The notes under the pieces were generated by a model. It saw only the letters and a list, made by a program, of their open reading frames with translations, had not been told where the DNA came from and did not search any database. A program made the position numbers and the translations under genes. From NCBI RefSeq assembly GCF_000011805.1, contig NC_006841.2: a stretch of 32,000 nucleotides of DNA, one strand, 5' to 3'. Positions within the stretch are counted from its first letter, which is position 1; every line of letters starts with the position of its first letter. Of this stretch, positions 20,622-28,785 are shown one piece after another. The stretch comes from Aliivibrio fischeri ES114. GTDB lineage: Bacteria > Pseudomonadota > Gammaproteobacteria > Enterobacterales > Vibrionaceae.

Positions 20622-21395
20622 TTAGTCAACAGACATACACTTGATTAGGCCTGATTTTGCTTTATAGCGGTTGAACCATGATTTCACTGGGCTTGCCAAT
20701 ACGTTGACTGGTGGTTCGTCACCATTCATTACAACTGGACCAAACATTAAATCAAGGATATGCCATGCTTTAGTGCCAACGCCCATCATAGAGGCACGAC
20801 ATGCAGAGCAGTACACAACAACGTGGCCTGTTTTAAACTCTTCAACACGACGTTGAATAACACGTTTAGCTACATCAGGGTTTGCAGGAACCACCATGCC
20901 ACCAAAGCCACAACAACGTGTGTTCTCTTTGGTGTATTCAGGTTCTGCAATTTGATAACCAAGCTCAGTTAAGATCCAGCGAATACCTGCTTGAAGCTCA
21001 CTTTCATAACGTGTAGAACAAGAGTCATGAATGGTGAATACCACATCGCTGTTTTTCGCTTTACCAATTAACTCAGCAGGAAGGCCGATTTGAGGTAGCA
21101 ATTTCCATAGTGATACCGGTTTTTGATTACCGCCTGATTTTTTAATGACCGCATAACAACTTTGACAAGCCACGATCACTTCTTGTGCAGCAAGCTTATC
21201 GAAATCCGCTTGCAGTTGACCGTAACGCTCTTTAAATAGCTCAGTTTGACCGATAGCTGATGTTGGTTTACCACAACACTTTTGTACTGCACCCATATCT
21301 GGGTACACTTCTTTTAGATATTTTGCGATGCTTGCAACGCCTTCTGGCGAGTAGGATGGCAGACTGCATCCTGGCATAAATACTTTATTACTCAT
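20622..21395 (-). CDS. CCG-domain (HdrB/GlpC-like) Fe-S protein
   Basis: Two Cys-rich CCG modules: MPGC...KCCGKP...CQSC and HDSC...TRCCGFGGM...CSAC. Confidence 0.85.
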   Translation of the reverse strand: MSNKVFMPGCSLPSYSPEGVASIAKYLKEVYPDMGAVQKCCGKPTSAIGQTELFKERYGQLQADFDKLAAQEVIVACQSCYAVIKKSGGNQKPVSLWKLLPQIGLPAELIGKAKNSDVVFTIHDSCSTRYESELQAGIRWILTELGYQIAEPEYTKENTRCCGFGGMVVPANPDVAKRVIQRRVEEFKTGHVVVYCSACRASMMGVGTKAWHILDLMFGPVVMNGDEPPVNVLASPVKSWFNRYKAKSGLIKCMSVD

Positions 21396-23188
21396 TTTGA
21401 AGCCACCGTACGTTTAGCCATAGTGAAGAATTTAGAGAAGCCAAGCTTCTGGTGCATATTGATTGCTTTGTGTCCCGGGATTGGAGAGTTACCGCCATTG
21501 GCATTAACAAAATCCACACGAGCACTTAAGAACATTTCTTTCATTGGGTAGTCTTTAGGACAAACAATCGTACATTGGTCACAGGCATTACATGAATAAG
21601 CCAGTAGGGGATCCATGGTTTTGTTATTAATGAAATCACTAAACAAGGTTTTAGGGCAATCGCCAAAGTCATTCATCATCACACATTCATTCATGCACAA
21701 TTTACAAGTACATTGCAGACAGCGAGACGCTTCTTGCTTGATTTGTTCTTCTGAAAAACCAAGATCAACTTGTTTAAAATCTTGCTTACGTTCTTCAGCA
21801 TCACGTAATTGACCATGTAGGCGAGGTGTATCGGTCGTGCCTTTTGGAAGCGGAATATCAAGACGAGAAGGGTAGTTGTACTCTTTCTCAAAATCACGAT
21901 TTTCAGTAAGAGGACGCTTAGCGAATTGACGCTCAATACTCAGTGCCGCTTTATGACCTAGTGCCATTGCCTCAACAACAATGTTACCGCCACAGGCATC
22001 ACCAGCAACGTAAACACCGTCAACGGAAGACGCTAGGGTATCTTTATCAACCACGTAACGGCCGCCACGAGTTTGTTCAAGAGCACCATCAGTAATGTCT
22101 GCTACTACTTGTCCTGTTGCGAAAATAACGGTATCTACAGCGATCGTACGGGTTTCATCCGAGTAACTTGGTGAAAAGTTGCCATTTTCATCAAAAATAG
22201 AAATGACTTTTTTAAGTACGATTCCAGTTACTTTTCCGTCTGTTTCTTCAATTGAAATCGGTCCCCAGCCAGCATTAAATAACACGCCTTCTTCTAGAGA
22301 TTCATCAATTTCAATTTGGCTTGCAGGCAGTTTCGCCATTTCTTCTAATGAACATTGGTGTACTTCATCTACACCGATGCGCCATGATGAACGAGCACAG
22401 TCCATAGCAACGTCTCCGCCGCCAATGACCATGATTCGCTTACCTGCACGAGGGAAATCACGAGTTTCTGATACTTCTTTTAGATATTCAACCGCAGAGA
22501 ATACGCCTTGCGCTTTGTGGCCTGGAAGCGGAATGATTGAACCAACATGAGCACCGTGAGCTAAAATAATAGCGTCATGAGAAAGACGAAGCTCATTGAA
22601 AGAGATGTCTTTACCTATCTCTATTCCGAATTTCGTTTCAATACCTAACATATCTAAATAGCCGTATTCAAAATCGATAACATCGCGCGGTAAACGGTAT
22701 TCAGGAATACCCACACGCATCATGCCACCGTAAACATTCAGCTTTTCATAGATCGTCACTTGGTGACCGCTACGGCGAAGCTCAATCGCTGCTTGTGCAC
22801 CAGCGGGGCCAGCACCAACAATAGCGATTTTTTTACCGCTGTCATTGGCAACGGTCAGATCCCAATTGCTTTGTTTATCCATTTTTTCGGCAACAAAGCG
22901 TTTGATCCCTGCAACACTGATTGGTTGGTTATACTCAGTATTACGACGACATGCTGCTTCACATGGATGAGCACAAATACGGCCAAGAGTTTGAGGTAAG
23001 AAAAGTTTGCCGCGGATCAGATCTAAAGCTTCTTGGTAGTTACCTTCACCCGCTAAGCGTACATATTGTTTCACATCCGTGTGCATTGGACATGCAGTTT
23101 GACATGCTGGGTCGGCATCACCCATGCAGCCATCTACGACCATTTGGGCGGTATCGTAGAGTTTTTGACTAAAAATTACATTGCTCAT
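21392..23188 (-). CDS. FAD/NAD(P)-dependent Fe-S oxidoreductase (GltD-like) with C-terminal HdrC-like dicluster region
   Basis: N-terminal Cys cluster CQTACPMHTDV...CAHPCEAACRR; dinucleotide-binding IAIVGAGPAGAQAAIELRRSG and IMVIGGGDVAMDCARS; VYVAGDACGG; C-terminal CTCKLCMNEC...CNACDQCTIVCP. Confidence 0.88.
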   Translation of the reverse strand: MSNVIFSQKLYDTAQMVVDGCMGDADPACQTACPMHTDVKQYVRLAGEGNYQEALDLIRGKLFLPQTLGRICAHPCEAACRRNTEYNQPISVAGIKRFVAEKMDKQSNWDLTVANDSGKKIAIVGAGPAGAQAAIELRRSGHQVTIYEKLNVYGGMMRVGIPEYRLPRDVIDFEYGYLDMLGIETKFGIEIGKDISFNELRLSHDAIILAHGAHVGSIIPLPGHKAQGVFSAVEYLKEVSETRDFPRAGKRIMVIGGGDVAMDCARSSWRIGVDEVHQCSLEEMAKLPASQIEIDESLEEGVLFNAGWGPISIEETDGKVTGIVLKKVISIFDENGNFSPSYSDETRTIAVDTVIFATGQVVADITDGALEQTRGGRYVVDKDTLASSVDGVYVAGDACGGNIVVEAMALGHKAALSIERQFAKRPLTENRDFEKEYNYPSRLDIPLPKGTTDTPRLHGQLRDAEERKQDFKQVDLGFSEEQIKQEASRCLQCTCKLCMNECVMMNDFGDCPKTLFSDFINNKTMDPLLAYSCNACDQCTIVCPKDYPMKEMFLSARVDFVNANGGNSPIPGHKAINMHQKLGFSKFFTMAKRTVASK

Positions 23189-23217
23189 TTTTATTATGAT
23201 TCCAATTTAAGATTGAA

Positions 23218-24201
23218 TTAGATTTGGCCGTTGATAACGGTAACGTTCGGCTGTTTTTCTTCATAGTGAGCGTGGCTGTACTCAATCCATGAGCCGTCAT
23301 AGTTGTAAACTTCTTCTGCACCAAGTACGTTTTGTAGAATCATGGTTGTATGTGCAGAGCGAACGCCTGATTGACAGTAGGCAATGACTTTTTTGCCTTT
23401 AATAATGTCGCCGTATAGCGCTTGTAATTCTTCTGCTGATTTTAACGTGGTGTCTTCGTTTACTGCTTTAGTCCAGTTAATGTGTACGCTTTTTGGAATC
23501 GTTCCTGGTCCAAATGCGCCACCAACCGTTGTTGTGCCATTAAATTCGTCGTTACCACGCGTATCAATGATTACCCACTCATCATTGTTTTGAGCTTCAA
23601 TCACCATATCTAACGTAGCAAGAGCTGTGTGTTTATGTGCAGGTTGTGATGCTTGATAATCACTTTGAGCAACCGATGGATTTGCATTGCCTGTTGGTAA
23701 ATCAGCACCAACCCAAGCGTTTAAGCCGCCGTCTAGGTAGCGAATATCGCTGTGGCCTAGTGCTTCAATTTGCCAAAATAGACGAGCAGCATCGTGGTGT
23801 GATGTTGCTGCATAAACAACGATAGTTGATTCAGGTGTTGCACCATAAGAGCTTAGAATTTTTTCCATCTCTTCGGTTGTGTTACTCATGCCATCGAACT
23901 CATAAGTGCCTTCTTTTGCCGAGTAACCATCACGCCACATGGTAAAAGAGCCTTCAATAGGAGCGTCAGGTTTCATTGGATTTAATGCACCAATAACCAC
24001 AACATTATCACCGTTATCCATCATCTCTTTTAGATCTTGAGCTGCGATAAAGTGCTCAGGATGAGCGTAATGAGAGAATTTTTCAGTTAGGTGTTGTTTA
24101 CTGATCTCAAAAGCGGGAGCTGAAAACATGGATTTGTAAGTTGGGTACCCTATTGCGACCGCAGCGGCTAAAACGCCGATGGCAATTGTTGATTTTTTCA
24201 T
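23218..24201 (-). CDS. ynjE: Exported two-domain rhodanese / sulfurtransferase (YnjE-like)
   Basis: Tandem rhodanese folds with active-site loop VIAYCQSGVRS in the C-terminal domain; N-terminal hydrophobic signal/anchor. Confidence 0.82.
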   Translation of the reverse strand: MKKSTIAIGVLAAAVAIGYPTYKSMFSAPAFEISKQHLTEKFSHYAHPEHFIAAQDLKEMMDNGDNVVVIGALNPMKPDAPIEGSFTMWRDGYSAKEGTYEFDGMSNTTEEMEKILSSYGATPESTIVVYAATSHHDAARLFWQIEALGHSDIRYLDGGLNAWVGADLPTGNANPSVAQSDYQASQPAHKHTALATLDMVIEAQNNDEWVIIDTRGNDEFNGTTTVGGAFGPGTIPKSVHINWTKAVNEDTTLKSAEELQALYGDIIKGKKVIAYCQSGVRSAHTTMILQNVLGAEEVYNYDGSWIEYSHAHYEEKQPNVTVINGQI

Positions 24202-24403
24202 TGTGTATTTTCCAGTAAGTTTAAAGTTTTTATGTTTTGTTCATCGGTATAAACAAAACAGATTGAATTTTTGAACCTAAAACTGGAGGAAGTGGCCGCT
24301 AACTTTTTTATTTTAATTTGGTGTTAGAAGTGACACAAAAGGGTGTTATCCCACTTACCTCTAAGGTAGTAGTGAGATTTTGAGTTATTCATTAAATTGT
24401 CAC

Positions 24404-24423
24404 TATTGTGGTAAACCACAATA
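24404..24423. promoter_or_regulatory. Perfect palindrome TATTGTGGT-AA-ACCACAATA, candidate regulator-binding site
   Basis: 9 bp perfect arms with 2 bp spacer in the divergent intergenic region between the ynjE-like and ttrS-like genes. Confidence 0.6.
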
Positions 24424-24434
24424 ATGCTAAGGAC

Positions 24435-24448
24435 TTGATCTAAAGCAA
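24435..24448. promoter_or_regulatory. Candidate FNR-type box TTGATctaaAGCAA
   Basis: 9/10 match to TTGATnnnnATCAA in the same divergent intergenic region. Confidence 0.35.
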
Positions 24449-24511
24449 TAAAATTATTGTGAAAATCGATGATAACTGCATTCCTAAATGTGATGTATAA
24501 GGCCCTTTTCA

Positions 24512-26311
24512 TTGAGTGATAACTATTACCAAAAACGACTTTCATTTCTTTTATGCAGTTGTTTATTTGTCTTACTGATTTGTCCTACGGTTTGCTACGC
24601 AAATTCAGTAAAAATGAAGCAATATGACGTTGGTGTTTTGGCATTAAGAGGGCATTATCATTGTAATATCGCGTGGGATCCGACAATGAAATGGTTGGAA
24701 TCACAAATTCCAAACAGTAAATTTGTTCTGCATTCTTACAATTTTGATGGACTAGAAAATGCATTTCAAAATGGAGAGTTAGATTTTTTATTAACCAGTC
24801 CAGGGCAAGCCACTACATTTGCAAGACGATTACCTATTAACTGGCTAGCGACTCAGAAGAAAGGGCATGAACTGCCTTTTAGTAAAGCCATTGCATCTTC
24901 TGTGATCGTTCGGGCTGATTCGCCATATAACTCTTTACAAGATATTGAGTATGCCAAAATAGCTGCCGTATCAGAAAAAGCTTTTGGCGGCTTTATCGCC
25001 TTTCATTTTGAAATGGATAAATTGGGCTATTTCCGTTCTTCCTTTTTTGATCGAATTCAATTTACTGGGCCACCAACAGATAACCTTATTCGCTCCGTTG
25101 AAAATGGTGATATTGATGTTGCAATAGCACCAGCTTGTACATTAGAAGAAATGGTCGAAGAAGGGTTCATTGAACGTTCTCAATTTAGAGTGTTAGGTCA
25201 ACAGGATCATGATGGATTTACTTGCGCTGTCAGTACACCACTTTATCCTAACTGGACATTTGCTAAAACAGATAGAGCATCTAACGAAATAGGTAAAAAA
25301 GTCACTCAAGCTCTATTAGCCATGCCTGCTAATGCATTTGCAGCAGAATCAGCAAACAACGTAGGTTGGACACTTCCAGAAAGCAGCTTAAATGTAGATA
25401 AGGTGTATCAACATTTTGATATGCACCCATTGCAGAAACCATGGACACAACAAATGGAAGATTGGCTACACCGCAATCCGTATTTAGCTTTAACCTTGAT
25501 TGCTGGGTTGTTTGGTTTAAATATCTACCATGTGTTACTTGAGCTACGTTTTAAGCGCAGTAAAAAAGTGTTGCGTAAAACATTAGAAGATTTGCGAGAG
25601 AAAAGCTCCATGCTTGAACACGCACAACGAATAATGATTGTTGGTGAGTTAGGAAGCAGTTTGGCTCATGAGATCAATCAACCTTTGTCGGCGATTAAAA
25701 ATTACAGCCATGGGGTAAAATTACGCATTGAAAAAGGAAATACATCCGAAGAGCTGCTTCCTGTTATGGAAAAAATTCAACAGCAGGTCACCGCAGCCAG
25801 TGATATTATTCAACGCCTAAGAGATCTCATTCATAAAAAACCAATAGAGAAACGACGTTTCTGGTTAGGCACGTTAGTTAATGATACTTATCGTTTGGTT
25901 GAACATGATTTTCAGCGAAATAACATAGCGATAGAGATTAACAGTAACGGTGAACCTAATATGGTTTCAGCGGATTATACTGGCTTACAACAATTGTTAC
26001 TTAATCTATTAAATAACGCTAAAGATGCTTGTATCAAGATAGAACAAGTAACAGATCCACTTGTTGTCAGGATTGAGTTGATATATCTCGTTGATCAAGT
26101 ACGGATTATGATCATAGATAATGGCGTTGGTATTGAAGATGAAACGACACCGTTAGAGCAGGCATTCTATACAACCAAAAAAGATGGGTTGGGGCTTGGT
26201 TTAGCGATTTGCCGTGATGTAATTGAAAATCATGATGGAATGATGAAATACAGCTCAGTCAAACCAAGAGGATGCTGTGTTGAGGTAATTTTACCTTATC
26301 AAAAGGGATAA
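24512..26311 (+). CDS. TtrS/ThsS-like sensor histidine kinase with periplasmic PhnD-like substrate-binding domain
   Basis: TTG start; signal sequence; YDVGVLALRGHYHCNIAWDPTMKWLESQIPN...; TM segment; H-box GELGSSLAHEINQPLSAIKNYSHG; N and G boxes NLLNNAKDAC, IIDNGVGI, GLGLAICRDVIENHDG. Confidence 0.88.
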   Translation: MSDNYYQKRLSFLLCSCLFVLLICPTVCYANSVKMKQYDVGVLALRGHYHCNIAWDPTMKWLESQIPNSKFVLHSYNFDGLENAFQNGELDFLLTSPGQATTFARRLPINWLATQKKGHELPFSKAIASSVIVRADSPYNSLQDIEYAKIAAVSEKAFGGFIAFHFEMDKLGYFRSSFFDRIQFTGPPTDNLIRSVENGDIDVAIAPACTLEEMVEEGFIERSQFRVLGQQDHDGFTCAVSTPLYPNWTFAKTDRASNEIGKKVTQALLAMPANAFAAESANNVGWTLPESSLNVDKVYQHFDMHPLQKPWTQQMEDWLHRNPYLALTLIAGLFGLNIYHVLLELRFKRSKKVLRKTLEDLREKSSMLEHAQRIMIVGELGSSLAHEINQPLSAIKNYSHGVKLRIEKGNTSEELLPVMEKIQQQVTAASDIIQRLRDLIHKKPIEKRRFWLGTLVNDTYRLVEHDFQRNNIAIEINSNGEPNMVSADYTGLQQLLLNLLNNAKDACIKIEQVTDPLVVRIELIYLVDQVRIMIIDNGVGIEDETTPLEQAFYTTKKDGLGLGLAICRDVIENHDGMMKYSSVKPRGCCVEVILPYQKG

Positions 26312-26319
26312 CAAAGGGA

Positions 26320-26937
26320 ATGAGTAAAGGACATATCGACATAAGTAATTCAAATGTTTATGTGGTTGATGATGAGCTCTCAGTTCGAGAATCATTGGTT
26401 TTCATGCTGGAAGGATACGGTTTGTCTGTTTATGAATTTTGCAGTGGACGAGCGTTTTTAGACTCAGTTGATGTATCAACGCCGGGGTGTGCGATTCTAG
26501 ACAGCCGGATGCCTGAACTGAGAGGTCAAGACGTACATGAATTATTGAAGCAACAGAACAGTCCTTTAAGTGTTATTTTCTTAACTGGCCATGGAGATAT
26601 CCCCATGGCGGTTGATGCACTTAAAGCGGGAGCTGCTGATTTTTTTCAAAAGCCAGTGGATGGTGAAGAGCTGTTTATCGCAATTAAAAATGGATTAGCC
26701 GCATCTGAAAAGCGTTATAAAAGCCAAGATGCACATCGCTCTTATCTTTCTTTAACGGCCAGAGAGCAAGAAGTACTTAAATTGATTGTTCAAGGAATGA
26801 AAAACCAACAAATGGCTGATGCAATGTGTGTTTCTTTACGAACCATTGAAGTTCATCGCTCCAATTTAATGAAAAAACTGGGCGTAAATAGCGTGGTGGA
26901 TTTGATCATGCGCTATGGAAATAGCATTAGTAATTAG
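26320..26937 (+). CDS. TtrR/FixJ-family response regulator (receiver + LuxR-type HTH)
   Basis: Receiver VYVVDDELSVRESLVFMLEG...ILDSRMPELRG...FLTGHGDIPMAVDALKAGAADFFQKP; HTH LTAREQEVLKLIVQGMKNQQMADAMCVSLRTIEVHRSNLMKKLGV. Confidence 0.92.
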   Translation: MSKGHIDISNSNVYVVDDELSVRESLVFMLEGYGLSVYEFCSGRAFLDSVDVSTPGCAILDSRMPELRGQDVHELLKQQNSPLSVIFLTGHGDIPMAVDALKAGAADFFQKPVDGEELFIAIKNGLAASEKRYKSQDAHRSYLSLTAREQEVLKLIVQGMKNQQMADAMCVSLRTIEVHRSNLMKKLGVNSVVDLIMRYGNSISN

Positions 26938-27030
26938 CTAAACCAACAACAATGAATAACCAATTTGTGTTTCCGTTTATGTAATTAAGCTAAAATTATA
27001 ATGATAAACACAAATACTCAGGAGTAAATT

Positions 27031-27705
27031 ATGTTTGATTCAGCATCGATCATAATCGCAGGTTCAACAGGATTGATTGGCCACTATTTATTGAATTTTT
27101 CACTAAAAAATGAATCCGTTAATCGAGTTTATAGCCTATCTCGCCGCTCACTTGATGAAACGAGTTCAAAATTAGTTCAAATGGTGAGTGATGACTTATC
27201 AATAGATAAAAACCAGTTAGAAGAGCAGACTCCTGATATTGGTTTTATTACATTAGGTACTACAATCAAAAAGGCAGGCAGTAAAGCCGCACTAAAAGCG
27301 ATAGATACTGATCTTGTTGTTTCTGTTGCTCAATCAATGCGAGAAGTGGGTGTACGACACATTTATGTGGTTTCGTGTATTGGAGCGTCTTCTTCTGCAT
27401 TCTCGCACTATTTAAAGTGTAAGGGAGAGATGGAAGACAGTATCGCGTTATTAGGCTTCTCTAGTACGACCTTTATGCAGCCAGGACCACTATCGGGTGA
27501 CCGAAGTGAAACTAGAAAAGATGAAGTCTTATTGCAAGGCGTAATGAGCATTATTAACCCCTTAATGAAGGGGTGTCTACTAAACTATAAGCCAATTGAA
27601 GGTGAAGTAGTTGCTGAATGTATGCTTGATCTTGCATTACAAAATGATAATGCTGTTGGGGTTCATCGATATCGTTCAAAAGCGATGTTTGAAATGAAAT
27701 CATGA
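27031..27705 (+). CDS. NAD(P)-binding Rossmann-fold protein (HTATIP2/NAD(P)H-binding family)
   Basis: ASIIIAGSTGLIGHYLLNF; VRHIYVVSCIGASSSAFSHYLKCKGEMEDSI; FMQPGPLSGDR. Confidence 0.8.
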   Translation: MFDSASIIIAGSTGLIGHYLLNFSLKNESVNRVYSLSRRSLDETSSKLVQMVSDDLSIDKNQLEEQTPDIGFITLGTTIKKAGSKAALKAIDTDLVVSVAQSMREVGVRHIYVVSCIGASSSAFSHYLKCKGEMEDSIALLGFSSTTFMQPGPLSGDRSETRKDEVLLQGVMSIINPLMKGCLLNYKPIEGEVVAECMLDLALQNDNAVGVHRYRSKAMFEMKS

Positions 27706-27783
27706 CGTGAATTTCACAATCAAAGTATTGAGTAATGATAATAATCAGCAGTGAAGATAAAGGTATGTTAGGGGTGGGATATC

Positions 27784-28719
27784 GTGTTGCAATTTGATTA
27801 TAATTTATTGAATACGCTTGAGGTTCTATTAGAAGAGCAAAGTGTTACATCCGCAGCTTCAAGACTGCATTTAAGTCAGTCAGCTGTGAGTAAGCAATTA
27901 GCAAAGTTACGTGAAGTCTTTGATGATCCTTTGTTTGAGCGAACGCCTTATGGATTAAGAGCAACACCTAGAGCGAAGCAATTAGCCCCTGAACTGCGCC
28001 AAGTATTGCAACAGCTTGAGTTATTTACACGACCAAATAATTTTGAGCCAGAGAAGAGTAATCGAACGTTTGATATTCATATGGTAGAGCCTGCGTATTC
28101 TCTGACTTATCCTCATTTTATGCCCGCTTTATTAAAGCAAGCTCCCCAAATAAATGTGCATGCAAAAACATGGAGACGTGACAGTTTAGATCAATTATTA
28201 CGTTGTGAGATTGATTTGGCGATCAGTTGTTGGGAGTGGGACACACGTTCAAAATGGCACGTGAACAACATTCCTTCAGAGTTGAATTATATTGAATTAG
28301 CGAGAGACCACTCAGTGTGTTTAGTTCGTGAAGGCCATCCTCTATTTGATGAGGAATGGGGACTCGACACCTTCTTAAAATACCGCCACTTACAAGTGGT
28401 TTTTGGCGGGATTGAACAATGGCTTTTGGACGATATCTTAAACTTGCAGCATTTAAAAAGAGATATTGCTGTGAATTTAACGGATTTCCATTCAGCGATG
28501 GAGTTATGTGAGAACAGCGATTTGATTTTGTGTGCTCCTTCAAAGTACATAGACAATATGCTTAAAGGTTCACCACTAAAAAAATTACCAGCACCAATCT
28601 CAATGGAGCCGGGTTGTTATGTATTAATGTGGCATAAACACTTTGAATTTGATCATTCACATCGTTGGTTCAGAGAGTTAATTATTGATAAAGTGTCCAA
28701 GGAATATTTGGTCAAATAA
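27784..28719 (+). CDS. LysR-family transcriptional regulator
   Basis: N-terminal HTH NLLNTLEVLLEEQSVTSAASRLHLSQSAVSKQLAKLREVFDDPLFERTPYGLRAT. Confidence 0.92.
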   Translation: MLQFDYNLLNTLEVLLEEQSVTSAASRLHLSQSAVSKQLAKLREVFDDPLFERTPYGLRATPRAKQLAPELRQVLQQLELFTRPNNFEPEKSNRTFDIHMVEPAYSLTYPHFMPALLKQAPQINVHAKTWRRDSLDQLLRCEIDLAISCWEWDTRSKWHVNNIPSELNYIELARDHSVCLVREGHPLFDEEWGLDTFLKYRHLQVVFGGIEQWLLDDILNLQHLKRDIAVNLTDFHSAMELCENSDLILCAPSKYIDNMLKGSPLKKLPAPISMEPGCYVLMWHKHFEFDHSHRWFRELIIDKVSKEYLVK

Positions 28720-28734
28720 CCTCATAGCTCAATG

Positions 28735-28766
28735 AAAAAGCCAATGAAATGATCATTGGCTTTTTT
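28735..28766. terminator. Bidirectional rho-independent terminator
   Basis: AAAAAGCCAATGA-AATGA-TCATTGGCTTTTTT between convergent lysR-like and GH2 genes. Confidence 0.85.
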
Positions 28767-28785
28767 ATTAGAGTGGTGAGTTTTC

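Noticed and set aside
20269-20972. Several short ORFs within the TVP38 and CCG genes
   Set aside because: Out-of-frame or antisense shadows of confidently identified genes.
21615-23172. ORFs at 21615, 21691, 22179, 22760, 22921
   Set aside because: Antisense or out-of-frame within the GltD/HdrC-like oxidoreductase.
24324-24545. Minus-strand ORF of 73 aa
   Set aside because: Covers the regulatory intergenic region and the ttrS-like start; contains the palindrome and lacks protein-like composition.
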